Assembly: GCF_001194135.2 (NCBI RefSeq)
Contig: NC_068989.1
Coordinates: forward strand, 39,182,642 to 39,246,641
Source: Octopus bimaculoides
Lineage: Eukaryota
DNA length: 64,000 bases
Direction: 5' to 3'
Under the pieces are notes generated by a model, which had not been told where the DNA came from, searched no databases, and worked only from the letters and a program-made list of their open reading frames with translations. Positions within the stretch are counted from its first letter, which is position 1; every line of letters starts with the position of its first letter. Shown piece by piece: positions 13,996 to 26,450 of this stretch. The translations under genes were made by a program, and so were the position numbers.

Positions 13996-15083
13996 TGTTT
14001 TCATTGTCATTAACAGACTGTTGAGTCTAAAATTCCAAAGCTTTCTTAATGAATGTTTGTATCTAAGATGAAATTCTCACTGTATCAACCAACAATGGAA
14101 ACAAAATGGCAAAATAAAAAAAAGAAACAATAACAACAACAACAACAACAGTAATAACAACTTACACTCATTCCGAGACTGGAATTTGTAGACAATACTC
14201 CAACCTCAATGCTATATAGTGAATGAACCATAAAATATATTTACTCTAATTTCATTTTAGACTGATTCTTAATGAGTGGAAGGCTTAAGTTTGGTTGGAT
14301 GATTGGTTGTCTGGGTAACTGGGAGTCAAGAGGAATGCTTGCTTGAGTGACTTGGAGGTCTGAGCTAGTGGTTGACTGGGTAATTGGTTGTCTGAGTGAC
14401 TGGTTTTCTGTGTGCTAGCCTCTCTGGGTGATTGGTTTTCTTGGTGATTTGTTGCATGGCTTGGAAGTTATAATAACTATATGTGCCATCAACCATATAG
14501 AATGATTGGTTCTGTAGTATTACTGGGCTTACTATTACTTCAAATTCATGAATTAAAATTTAAATCCATCATCCCCAGTGCTATAGCCAATATCATTCTG
14601 CTACAAATAAAACACCCTATCTTCTTGTATCAACTTTCACTATTATAAATCTATTCCAGAAATTCATATGAACCATTGCTACAATGTTAAGGTGATCAAC
14701 TGCCGGCCACATGACCATGAATAGAAATCTTACATCAACAACCAGTGTACTATGGCCTTCAGCAAGGCACAAAACTCTGCTTGTTTCAGTTTGTATGACT
14801 TAAGAGCAGTCCCGTTGCAACTATGTGATTGATATACAGTAGTACTTCAGTTTTCAAACAACTCTGATCACAAGTAAATCATGCTTTGTAGATAGATAGA
14901 GATCTCTCATCCACATAATCTACTTTCACCTTGCCCTCTGCCACCACCCTTTTTATCAACCACAGGGTGTGCAATAGCAATGCTCAATGCTCCCCTCTTC
15001 ACTGCATAGATGCCTCTGAAATGTAGAATGTATATTCTATATGTGTGTGAGTATGCATATGTGTGTGTGTGTATAAATATGTA

Positions 15084-16368
15084 TAAGGTCATTAAGAATG
15101 AAATGTCCGATTTTCTTATGCACCAAGTTTGACAGTCATTAACTCTAATGTTTTATCCTGACAATTCTTTGTTTTACAACATTGAAGAGTTACATCATCA
15201 CTTTCCGAAATGCAATTTATGGTATCTGACTATATTGTGAGTTTTCTCTTGTAAATCAGTTTTTGTGAACCCATCGATAGATCAAAAATTCGTGTTGTTT
15301 ATGAATATGAATTCTGTTGTGGAACCAATGCATCCCAGACAGCTCGAAACATCAATGAGGTGTTTGGTGAAGATGTGGTGAATGAGCGCACTGTACATCG
15401 ATGGTTTGAGAAGTTCTGGTCTGGTGATTTTGATCTTGAAAATTAGCCCCATGGTAGATCTGAGACCAAGGTGGTTAATGATGAGCTGGAAACTGTAGTG
15501 GAAGCGAATACATCTCAAACTATGCATGTGTTGGCAGCAAGGTTTGATGTTTTGATTCCAACTGTAGTGGACCATCTGAAACAAATCAGCAAGGTAAAGA
15601 AGCTGGACAAGTAGGTACCACATGAACTGAATGAGTATCAAATGACACGTTGTCTTGAAACTTGCTGTTCTTTGCTGTCACAGCATAAAAGCGAACCATT
15701 TTTGCACTGTATTGTTATGTGTGATGAAATATAGATTTCAACAATAGCAAGATTTCTGCAGCATGATGGTTGGATAGAGACGAAGTGCCAAATCACAATT
15801 CAAAAAAGAATATTCATGAAAAAAAGCTAATGGTGTCTGTTTGGTGGACCAGCGCTGGTGTCATCCACTACAGCTTCATGAGCTCTGGTAAGTCAATTAC
15901 AGTGAATGTATACATCAACCAACTGGAAGAAATGATGAGTGAGCATGCAATTAAACAAGCGAGATTGGTCAATAGAGACAGACCAATTCTCTTGCAAGAC
16001 AATGCTCGACCGCATGTTGCATGAAGAAAACTACTCTAGTTACAGGAACAGAACTTGGAAGTTCTCTGTCATCCACCAAATTCACCAGACCTTGCACCAA
16101 CTGACTATCATGTTTTCCAGGCATTAGACAACTTTTTACAAGGTAAAAACTTCAAATCTGAGGAAGATGCAAAAACAGCCTTTCGTGATTTCATCACCTT
16201 TTGCTCTCCAGAATTCTTTGCTGCTAGCATAAATAAGCTACTGATAAAATGGCAAAATTGTGTTGATAATTTAGGTGCATACTTTGATTAGCTGCATTGC
16301 TTTTTTTTTGAGATTAAGTAAAATAAACTTTCAGTTAAAAATCAGACATTTCATTCTTAATGACCTGA
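15084..16368 (+). mobile_element. Full-length mariner transposon (1285 bp, Hsmar1/cecropia-like)
   Basis: About 31-bp TIRs taaggtcattaagaatgaaatgtccgatttt / aaaatcagacatttcattcttaatgacctga, TA target duplication at 15082-83 and 16369-70, typical mariner length. Confidence 0.95.
15273..16291 (+). pseudogene. Inactivated mariner DD34D transposase
   Basis: Start ATG mutated to ATC (15273). Reads DRSKIRVVYEYEF...WFEKF.SGDFDLEN*; HLKQISKVKKLDK*VPHEL (WVPHEL with TGG>TAG); CDE, LQDNARPHVA, HPPNSPDLAPTDY; ends GAYFD*. Several stops and frameshifts. Confidence 0.93.
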
Positions 16369-18884
16369 TATGTATGTATGTATGAATATAAATATATAAA
16401 TATGTATACCAGTTGAATAAAGTTAAAACATGGTCTAGTTTTCTCATTTTTTATTATGGTATTTTAACATAAAAAATATGTTTTGTAATGCTCATATGTA
16501 TATATGTATGTGTATATAAATGTATATATGTACATATAAATATGTATATGTATGTATATGTGTATATATATATGTATGTATGTATGTATGTGTGTATGCA
16601 TGAATGCATGAATGTTTATATCTGTGTGTGTGTCTGTGATTGCTAGAAAACTCATTTATTACCCAGTTATTAGATAATCCTTTCCTCTTTTATCTTTTCA
16701 TCAGGAGGGAAAGCAGTAGACATGACCCTTCACAGGTCCTCTGAGATTGATGAGAGGGAGGGTGGGAGAAAGAAGGTATCCTCTAATCAGAGACCTTGTC
16801 CTAATGCTTGCAACAGAGTGAATCCTACAAAAGGTTCCCATGGTTCCAGATAGTGGTGTTGAACCATGCAATGGATTAAGTCCATTAGCTATGTAAGCCA
16901 TGACAGAATTTTAACTCAGAATGCAAGAAATCAGGAACAATTATCACAAGGCATCTGGTTCAATGTTCTTAGAGTCCCACTAATCCAATGTTTTAAATTG
17001 ATTGGTACATTCTTTAATGAGCTTGAAAGAATGAAATACAAGAGCGCTTCAGTGGAACTTGAACTCAGAGTGCAGAGTGTTAGAAAAATTAATGCAGCTG
17101 ACACTGGAATGATTCTGCTAATTCATTGCATTATTATAAACTGTAAAGCAAAGAATACAGATAGCTGATGTTTAACTAATTATATCATGAACAAAGAACA
17201 CAACTAAATATCAAAATGGGTTTTGTTAGTGTTAATACATCATATGATTGTGATGTTACATCATATGAAGTTTTCTTTCGTAGACAGCCAGTCTCATGCT
17301 TTCAGGGAATAGAAGTGAGAAACAATTATTATGTTCATATGTTTTTTGTAAATATCAGCAATATTGGTGAAGTGGTTCAAGTGGGAACTGAAATTAGCTA
17401 CCAGTCAATGATATAACAATATCATGATGCTGGCAATTACCAAAACTATACAATCACTGGCGCCTCTTGTTTCTTTTACGAATAATTGAACAGTCTCTGT
17501 CTGGGTCTAAAATATATTCAGTAAAGCAATCAGGTACCAAATCCCAACACTAAAATGTAAATGGTATGTTCACAGGAACAATATACTAGGGTGCATGCAC
17601 CACAAGTTAGTAAGAAAGGGGAAGAACAAATACCCTTCTCCAATTGTATTTACTTTGCCCCAGTGGTGGGATGGTGTAGCAAAAGATGTCATTGAGGTAG
17701 CAGATGAAATAGGCATGTGAACACCATCGACATAAAACAATGGGAAAGCATCAGATTATGGTTTAAATAATTTATTTAATTGACACTTGCATTTACATGT
17801 TGTATATACCAGAAAATTCACTACATGACATTACCAACTTGCTTCAAGTTGGCAAAGTAGAAAATAAACAGGAGAAATACTCTGTCGATGTGATGAGGTA
17901 GAACTGGGCATGTTTTGTGTCTGTGTGTGCATTGGTCATTTGGTCATGTCTGTTTATGTTCTGTGACTGCTACTGTGTTGGGTCATTCATGCTAAATATA
18001 TGGTTATATGTTGGCTGCTTGACTGGCGCAAGTTAACTGCTGGCTGTCTGCTTGTCTCTTGACCGTTTGCCTGGTGATGGTTATCTGCCCCCTGTTGTAT
18101 GTCTGACTGTATTTATAATAGTCATGACAACTAGAAGGACAGACATACCACAGGTGTAATTTTTGCCTATGTAAGTCACCTTCTGTCCACTTGAACCTTA
18201 AATGACACAGCTCAGATTTTAGGTTGAAAGGAAATCCATCCATCATATGACAGGACAAAGAAATTTCTTTCACACCTGTTTGGCCAGTGGTAGATCAGAT
18301 GAGCGAGAATCCTTAGATTCAGTTTCGAATCTCAGCTCGGAAAAAGGAAGTGTTAGTTTTTACACCCCTTACTCCTGCTATAGCTACTTTCAATAACTGC
18401 AGACATACATGTACAGCCAGGACAGTAGTAAAACAGTCAGGATGCTTTCATTGTAGTCCATATGATAAATCATTGTGTAATGTTATCCTAAACTACACAG
18501 AGTTAGGTCATATATAAAGAAAGGTGTCTGTGTACTTCACCTCACCTTTTAATTAATTAACTAATTAAGAGCCAACAAGGGAGCCTTTACATCATTGCTC
18601 AGCCTGCTAGAAACAGTGGCCAAATTTCCTTTAGATCATATTTTGAATGAAAGAACCATTGCATAATGCTGTCCTAAATGCACTACATCTGAAATATAAG
18701 ACAGGATGGTTACAGCTGGAATTCCTTTGTTATGTTCTAAAGTTATGAAGCATGATATTTTATTGGAGTAGAAACTCAGACGAAATATTTGTATGTATGA
18801 CACTTAAATTATTGAAATTTATTAAACCTCAACATTTTATTCTGTGACTTAGACTTCGATCCTCTCATATTGAGAGACATGTAA

Positions 18885-19440
18885 GGCAGCTGGCTTCTTC
18901 AAGCTTGGTTGATCTATGTTTTTCTCTGGCTGTATAACCTGTCTTCATGCATTTAAGGTCTTCCTGGAATGTGTGACACCAGGGTGATATTGGGCCAGCC
19001 CATCTATTTGATATTCCTTCTTCTGATATCCATGTCATTGTAGTCTTTGTATGTTAAGTGACTGACGAGTACATTATCTGACCTGCCAAGTATAACTGAC
19101 ACAGTGCTGTGATGTTTTGTTGTGGCTAGGATTTGCTTCAGAAATGGATTTCTTTATTTCTAATTCCATCTTGGGAGGAAAGTTTGAGGATGTTTTGAAA
19201 ACAATGATGGCAGAATGTAATTAGTTTCTTGACCACCTTCACTAATACTTTCTGTTTCACTGCTATACAAAACCATTGGTAGAATAGTTACAGTATATAC
19301 TTTGACTTTCATGTCCAGGTATATACTATGTATATTGGACAATGATCCCTGCTTTGCCAATTCTGCTCTTTATATCACTTAAAATACTCAGTTGTGTGAG
19401 GTGTAAAAATTTCTCTAGCTACATATCTGTGTTGTAGAAT
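18885..19440 (-). mobile_element. RTE-clade LINE fragment (RT C-terminal region)
   Basis: Minus strand translates DIKSRIGKA...KVKVYTVTILPMVLYSSET, typical of the RTE region RIxKA...KVYxAxVLPxLLYGSETW; frameshifted. Confidence 0.7.
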
Positions 19441-19506
19441 TTACACTCAACCACACAACTTGTTAAATATTCATTTGCAAATTATGAGAGGACAGTTGTT
19501 GGAAAG

Positions 19507-19626
19507 CAGAATGTTGTACCATACTCAGGTACAACATACTCAGAATGTTGTACCATACTCAGGTACAACATACTCAGAATGTTGTACCATACTCAGGTAC
19601 AACATACTCAGAATGTTGTACCATAC
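19507..19626. repeat. 34-bp minisatellite, 3.5 identical copies, each with an internal hairpin
   Basis: Unit cagaatgttgtaccatactcaggtacaacatact; atgttgtacc and ggtacaacat are exact reverse complements. Confidence 0.95.
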
Positions 19627-21081
19627 AGTTATTGGCATCATTGAACTTATCTGTTCAAGGCTAAGTGAAAAGACAAGAAACAATGACCATAATATTTGCA
19701 GACCCTATGAATGAAGATTACTGCAATTAATGACAATGTTGTTCTGCTTGAATGTCTATAGATCAATGTCTGTATGACAAAAATGGGCTGAAAGAATTGA
19801 AGAGTTGCATTTAGTGAAGGAAGGATTAAGTGCAGTGATTAGTGTAGATTAGAAACTGAGTCTGAGTAGGAATAACAGCAGGAAGACAGATAAGTGTAGT
19901 AATACTTACATTTGCTGTACAATTCCCCTGGCCTTATAGGATGTGATATATGTGGCCTTGTAAAATATGGTATGTATGGTTCAGTAAGATATGTGTAGTC
20001 TTTTAAGATGTGACATTTATGGTCATGTAAGAGGTGACTTGTTCAGACATATGTGTGAATATGATACATAGGTTCTTATTACATATGGTATATGTGGTTT
20101 TGTAAGATATAAACATGGTTATGATATTTATGGTTTGTATGTTTTTCACAGGTGTTGCATCTTTTATATTAGTTTGTGTGAATTTGCTTATCTATTGTTC
20201 TACAGTACAGTTTTTACATTATCTGTTATTAAGTAATGTTTATTTCGTATGTTAGGTTTTCTTATTTAAACTTTTTCACTGAATGAAAAATTAAAAGCTG
20301 ATCAAAGAAGTGATTTCGCTATAGATATTTTGTATTTGTGGTGTCACTCATTATCGCCTCACATATATAAGCAATACTTAGAATTGTTGTTTTTTTTTTA
20401 ATACTAAGTTGCTCTATTTGCTGTTGTTTATTTCTTTTTTATTCCTGATGTTATTATGATCTGAATTTATGCTAGATCTTGGTTGCATTGTAAATATAAA
20501 GTTGGAATAGTTAAAAAAAGTCTTCTTTAATTCCATCAACATCATCATGTGTAATCTGTCAGTATCACTACAACGTAATGAGTGAGTATGTTTAGAAATT
20601 ATTTTATTTTCCATGCAGGCCATGTAGAATTTGAGCTACCATGTGGGACTAATAACAGCCTCTTCCTTCTTGCCTAGGTATATATTTTAGCTTGGGCAAA
20701 GCAGAAGGACATGTTTGCTGTCAACGAGGATATAGAAACCTTTTAAGGTTGTTTCTTGTGGATTTATTGTATGATGTGTGTAAGCAATATTCAAGATAAT
20801 GTTTATTGTTTCCATTACTGAGACACTGTTGAAAATATTTTTGACATTCATAAAGGAAACGGGGACAACTTTATCAGTTCCCTATTGAATTTCTAGTAAT
20901 TCCTTAGGTGTTATATCTCTCTAGCAGTTTTTTATGATGTTATTTAATTTAATGGGAAATCTAATTGCCAGTGCATTGATTTCGGAGATTATGGATCAGA
21001 GAGAGCTACTTAGTTTGTGCATTTTAATAGTACCATAATTGTATGCAATGTTAAAATCACTTTCTCTCGGCTGCAAAGGGG

Positions 21082-21482
21082 TATAAGAATTGAATGAGAT
21101 ATGACTGCTCGGCCATCTCTCCCCAGTTCTTATATTAATCATTAAAATCCAGAAATACAACAACACGAGGGATAACAGTAACAACAGATCAATAATTTAT
21201 TCTAGGTTGGTGTAGAGCCGTTTCGTTCTTGGGTGAACAGGCATGCCGCTAGAATACCAAGGAAGCTTCCACCACATGTTGGTATCGAGCTGAGAGAGCA
21301 CTGGGAGATACGTGTTGTCACCACCGCTGCTAGATCGAGAAGAGATCGAACGCTATTGCTCTCTCTCCACCTGTTGCATTGTGCATGCGTACCCGGGTAC
21401 TTCCGCTGACGGCAAGTCCCTTGCACATGTGCAATGGCACTTCCCAAGATGGCAGCCAATGGCAGCCACACACGCCACTACA
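21082..21482 (-). mobile_element. Probable solo LTR or other ~400-bp inserted element
   Basis: CpG-rich island in AT-rich DNA. Minus strand starts TGTAG and has AATAAA followed by a GT-rich tract. Flanked by direct repeat ggggtataa (21078-21086, 21483-21491). Confidence 0.55.
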
Positions 21483-22507
21483 GGGGTATAACCTTATTTG
21501 AGTATTATTGTCAATAATAAATTTAATTTTTGGCTGAGCAGAATTATTTTTCTTAATTTTGATGAATATGCTGTTATAGTGATTATTATTTTTGTTATAT
21601 ATTCATATTTGTTTAAAATTATGAAAAACAGGTTGCTCTTGTCATTTTTTAAACTACAATATTTTCATTAGTTTTCAATTTCTGTAGAGTTAATTGGAGC
21701 CTCTCATTGAGTACAGTTTTCTTGTGTTTACATGGCTGATTACTGCATTAAACCTTTGATCATTATTGTTTGTGTTCAACTTTTATAACATTTTTTATTA
21801 CTAAAAGTTTTGATGAATGATAGAATAAGGCATACTGAGCCTTCTTATGTTTATTTATATTTGATGTGGGCTGTAAAGCTTAGATTCAAAAGTATAAGTT
21901 TGATCAGGACTGGGAGGTTAAAGAATTTGTTTTTAGGTATAGGCAACAATATTTTCCAGTTATAGAAACTGTTAAGCTTCTACATATTGTTCTTTATCCA
22001 GCACAAGAGCCAAGCCTGTATATTATCAGAGGCTGAGAGGATGTTTCTTAGTAAACATCTTTCATTTTATGTTTTTTGATGCCTTTGTTTTCGATGAACA
22101 ATTTCCATTGATCATTTTTTTGTTTATTCTGCATTGCAATGTCTATTTGATGTCCAATCAGCATTTTTCAGAATTCTGCTGTGCAGTGTGCATTTGCACT
22201 GTTTCATCATGTGAACAAGCAAAAAAGAGAATACGTGCAACTGATTTCTCTTTATTTGATTTCATCTTGGCAGATACACTCAATCAAATTTATCTGAATA
22301 TTCTTATCAATGATATTCTCTTTCATACCTCAAATTTCGATTGAACGTTGGAAATGTGAAAGCCAGAATCACAAAATTTCAAGATTCAGGTTTATATATA
22401 TATATATATATATTCTCAGATGTTGAAATATTTTGAGCAGATGTGCGAGTAGTCTCTGCAATACAAGAGCCATCTCTGCAGTGCTTTTTTTTTCTTCCTT
22501 TTATACA

Positions 22508-22978
22508 NNNNNNNNNNNNNNNNNNNNNNNNNNNNNNNNNNNNNNNNNNNNNNNNNNNNNNNNNNNNNNNNNNNNNNNNNNNNNNNNNNNNNNNNNNNNN
22601 NNNNNNNNNNNNNNNNNNNNNNNNNNNNNNNNNNNNNNNNNNNNNNNNNNNNNNNNNNNNNNNNNNNNNNNNNNNNNNNNNNNNNNNNNNNNNNNNNNNN
22701 NNNNNNNNNNNNNNNNNNNNNNNNNNNNNNNNNNNNNNNNNNNNNNNNNNNNNNNNNNNNNNNNNNNNNNNNNNNNNNNNNNNNNNNNNNNNNNNNNNNN
22801 NNNNNNNNNNNNNNNNNNNNNNNNNNNNNNNNNNNNNNNNNNNNNNNNNNNNNNNNNNNNNNNNNNNNNNNNNNNNNNNNNNNNNNNNNNNNNNNNNNNN
22901 NNNNNNNNNNNNNNNNNNNNNNNNNNNNNNNNNNNNNNNNNNNNNNNNNNNNNNNNNNNNNNNNNNNNNNNNNNNNNN
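22508..22978. other. Assembly gap (N run)
   Basis: 471 N. Confidence 1.
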
Positions 22979-23019
<41 letters not shown>

Positions 23020-23775
23020 GCTGCTTTTGTCTGTTTCTTCACATAATTTGAGTAGACCTTGTTATTCTCTTTGAGTCACCAGAGAACCTTTGATAATGCT
23101 ATAGATGTCAATTTCTTTACTGTATCTTCTTTTGAATTATCCTTCAGGCATTCCAATATACTTTTTGATTTCTATTGTTCCATGATTATTTTCAGAGTTG
23201 ACATCCCCTTCTATAAACTATTCCTTTAGTGTTGCAAGCATGGTTATGCAGGCATATCCCTTTGTTCTTACAGCTGTGTTTATCATTTGTAGATATTCTA
23301 GATATGCAGGCAGAAAATTCTTTTAATATTTGGAGGGCTATGCTGTGTCACTTGCAAATATTTTCTATTGAAAATAGATTTATAACTTGGAAAATGTTTG
23401 CTTGTCAATTCCAGGAACTTTTATCCTATAATACTTTTTATATTTAAATTTTAAGAGAAAGCAGGGTCAACACAAATAGTCTTGTAGGGCCAAATTTGGA
23501 TTGGCATGTATTTAATGCAATATTGCTCATAAAGGGAGGTAACTGTGATGTGTTTGTCTTGTAAAATATCTAGTATATATTTTTTTTAATGTTATCTTTT
23601 CATTGGAATATAACATGTATGCATATGATACACATACAATTCAAAGTAACATTAAATATATAAATCTAAAATGGAGAGAAATAAATAGAAAATGAACAAG
23701 AAAAGAAAAAGAAAGAAAAAAGAGAAGGAAAATAGAAAGAAAACACATCAATTCAACACCAAATTTCTCAATTGG

Positions 23776-24170
23776 TCACATACCATAAAGTTGAATAGAA
23801 CCTACTGAAGCAAGCCAGCATGCTTGCAGCACTACCATGGGTGATGGTGAGGCTAAGACATGGCAAGAGTCAAGCAACCTCATGGCATCACCTGACACCT
23901 TAGTAAGGTGAACAACCAGTGTTATCAAGAATTTCACCATTAGTGGCCCAGCCCTTCCAAGCATTTCAAACACTACAGGCTGGAAGAAACGGTTCACTGA
24001 CAGGTCCTGATACTTAAAAATTATGTTCTGTTTGGCTATGGAAGCAGTGACCCTTCCATTTACTGCAGCATCCAGGATGTGGGAAAAAGAAAAGGAGTCA
24101 CAGACTGTGGTGTCCAAGCTGAGGTAGCTGACTCTTTGAAATCTTAGGTCCAAGTGCCCCACCTGGCAAC
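23776..24170 (-). mobile_element. CRE-like non-LTR retrotransposon 3' fragment (restriction-like endonuclease domain)
   Basis: Minus ORF: LDTTVCDSFSFSH...KYQDLS...FQPVVFEMLGRAGP...KFL...VSGD, matching the WDxTxxD...KYxxL...FxPxxxETLGxxGP pattern of CRE-type REL domains. Confidence 0.72.
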
Positions 24171-24258
24171 TGCCAAGCAACTAAAGCTTGCAAGGAACAA
24201 CATTATAGTTGTACAATGCTAATAACAACCTTTCCTATCTTTACTCCCATGTATAAAT

Positions 24259-24500
24259 GGCAGCGAGCTGGCAGAAAATTTAGCATGCTGGGTGAAATGC
24301 TTAGTGGTATTTTGTCTGCCACTACGTTCTGAGTTCAAATTCCGTGGAGGTTGACTTTGCCTTTCATCCTTTCGGAGTTGATAAATAAAGTACTAGTTAC
24401 ACACTGGGGTCAATGTAATCGACTTAATCCGTTTGTCTTTTGTCTATCCTTGTTTGTCCTCTCTGTGTGTAACCCCTTGTGGGCAGTAAAGAAATAATAA
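24259..24500 (+). mobile_element. SINE family B (ggcagcgagctggcagaa head)
   Basis: Well-preserved copy with gagttcaaattcc (B-box-like) and ctttgcctttcatcctttcgg core. Further copies at about 6345-6480(+), 29860-30030(-), 50740-50945(-), 56720-57050(+), 58133-58330(+) and 58355-58550(+). Confidence 0.8.
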
Positions 24501-25779
24501 ATGTAGGCTGTGATTACAATATACAGGACATACATATGAAACTTAGATATGTCATGTATATTTATACACCATGCATAACACAGTGACCTCCCCTGTGGTA
24601 TGAAACTGAGTGTTAGCTGCATTTGAACCTTCCTTTGAAGACATATTTTGCTAAAGAGCTTTAGTAATACAATGCTGCACTGTCAAATTATCTTTATTGC
24701 TGTATAGATATGAGATTCGTGTACTGATTTTATGAATTAAGTGCCTTAAAATAATAGGCAGGTGGTAAGATTCTTTATTAATATATGCATACATATATAC
24801 GCATGCACGTTCATATGCCTGTCTGTGTGTGTGAGTTAATTTTTAAATATCCTTTGTCAAAATAAATAGCAAAACTTGAAAAGCAGTTAATATTTTAAAG
24901 TGTAATTAAAATATTAAAATATTGTGAAAAATGTACATTTTGGAAATACAGATTCTTTATAATTACAGCCCTTTCAATTGCAATTGATTAATTTTAAATT
25001 ACATAAGCACATGTTCTCATTAAGATATGTAAATGACTAAGATAAGAAATATTGTTCTATTGCTTTGTTTTTATTGAACTGGTGCATTACATAATTAATT
25101 TATCTAACTAATATTTTTAATGTTTATTGGGTTATTTAACTTTATAATATATTTCTGTATATTACTGAATATACTTGCCTGGTTGTATATATATGTTGCA
25201 ATATGTGGAACTACCTAGTTACATATACATATTACAATATATCTCATTTTAATAATACTAAACGATAATTTAATTTTTGAACTTCCCAGTGACTTCAATC
25301 ATTCCAATTACACATCAATCAGAAATACATATCTGCCATTCTCTATGAGTAATCATCATGATAATCTACATCACACTATATTCCAACTTCTTCCTTAAAT
25401 ACACATTTCATTAAAATACTTTCATTTGTGATGATTCAATGGCAATCATAAAAAATTCACCTGCCACTGATATTATGATATACCTTTCTTTATGGAACAC
25501 ATATATGAAAGAATACCAATGGAGCCAGAAGGGGCAAAAGAAGAAATTTGCTCTGAGTGATTCCTCGGAACAGTTTGCTTTCTCAATTGGAGTGCTTAAG
25601 AAGTTTGCTTTGAAACCATATTGTTTCAGTTCAGTCTCATTGCACTGCACCATGGTTAGGTGCCTTATTTTATAGTCTCAATCAACTAAAGTCTTTTGAA
25701 TGAATTTGTTTGATGAAAATTGAAAGAATGCTATTTTATACACACACATACACATACAAATATATATATATATATATAG

Positions 25780-25853
<74 letters not shown>

Positions 25854-26015
25854 ATGCAACAATATATGTAAACAAACACTTTTTTATTTTTGGAAGTGCC
25901 AAAATATGTATCGAATCATACAGACAAGAAAGTAATATTTTGAATGCAGTACAGCTGTAAAATCAGCAGAAAGATTGGGTATTTTACCTTTAAATGACAG
26001 AAAAAGTTGTTGGCA

Positions 26016-26086
26016 GATAGCCACAGGACTCAAACTTGGACCTCTGAGGTACTGGTTGAGTACTCTACCAATTAAGCTAAACTGCC
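26016..26086 (-). mobile_element. tRNA-like sequence (SINE head or decayed tRNA pseudogene)
   Basis: Minus strand ggcagtttagcttaattggtagagtac...ccaagtttgagtcctg has A-box and B-box-like motifs at tRNA spacing, but I could not fold a convincing cloverleaf. Confidence 0.5.
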
Positions 26087-26415
26087 AATTGACAACAATT
26101 TTCGTGCCAAATTAAATGTTAAATACATATGTAAACTAACTTTATATACATAAACATACATGAGACATCATGCTGTACTTCATCACATCTTGAGATCATG
26201 AGATCTCAATGTGAACATAGAGTGGTGAATAAATCGATATATCGAATTTGAAGTCTCTGTCTCTTTTGAATATGAAAATTTAAAAGTTTAAAAACCTTAT
26301 AATATAAATATAAACTGTGAGAACGACCCTTAAGGAATCTAGTTAATGATCTCCTAAGGTAAGTTCTTATGTTATATTGGTAACGGTTGCTACATCCTCT
26401 GGAAAAAAAAAAAAA

Positions 26416-26450
<35 letters not shown>

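Noticed and set aside
19507-19626. CRISPR-like appearance of the palindromic 34-bp repeat
   Set aside because: Units are contiguous and identical with no unique spacers, no cas genes, and the context is eukaryotic.
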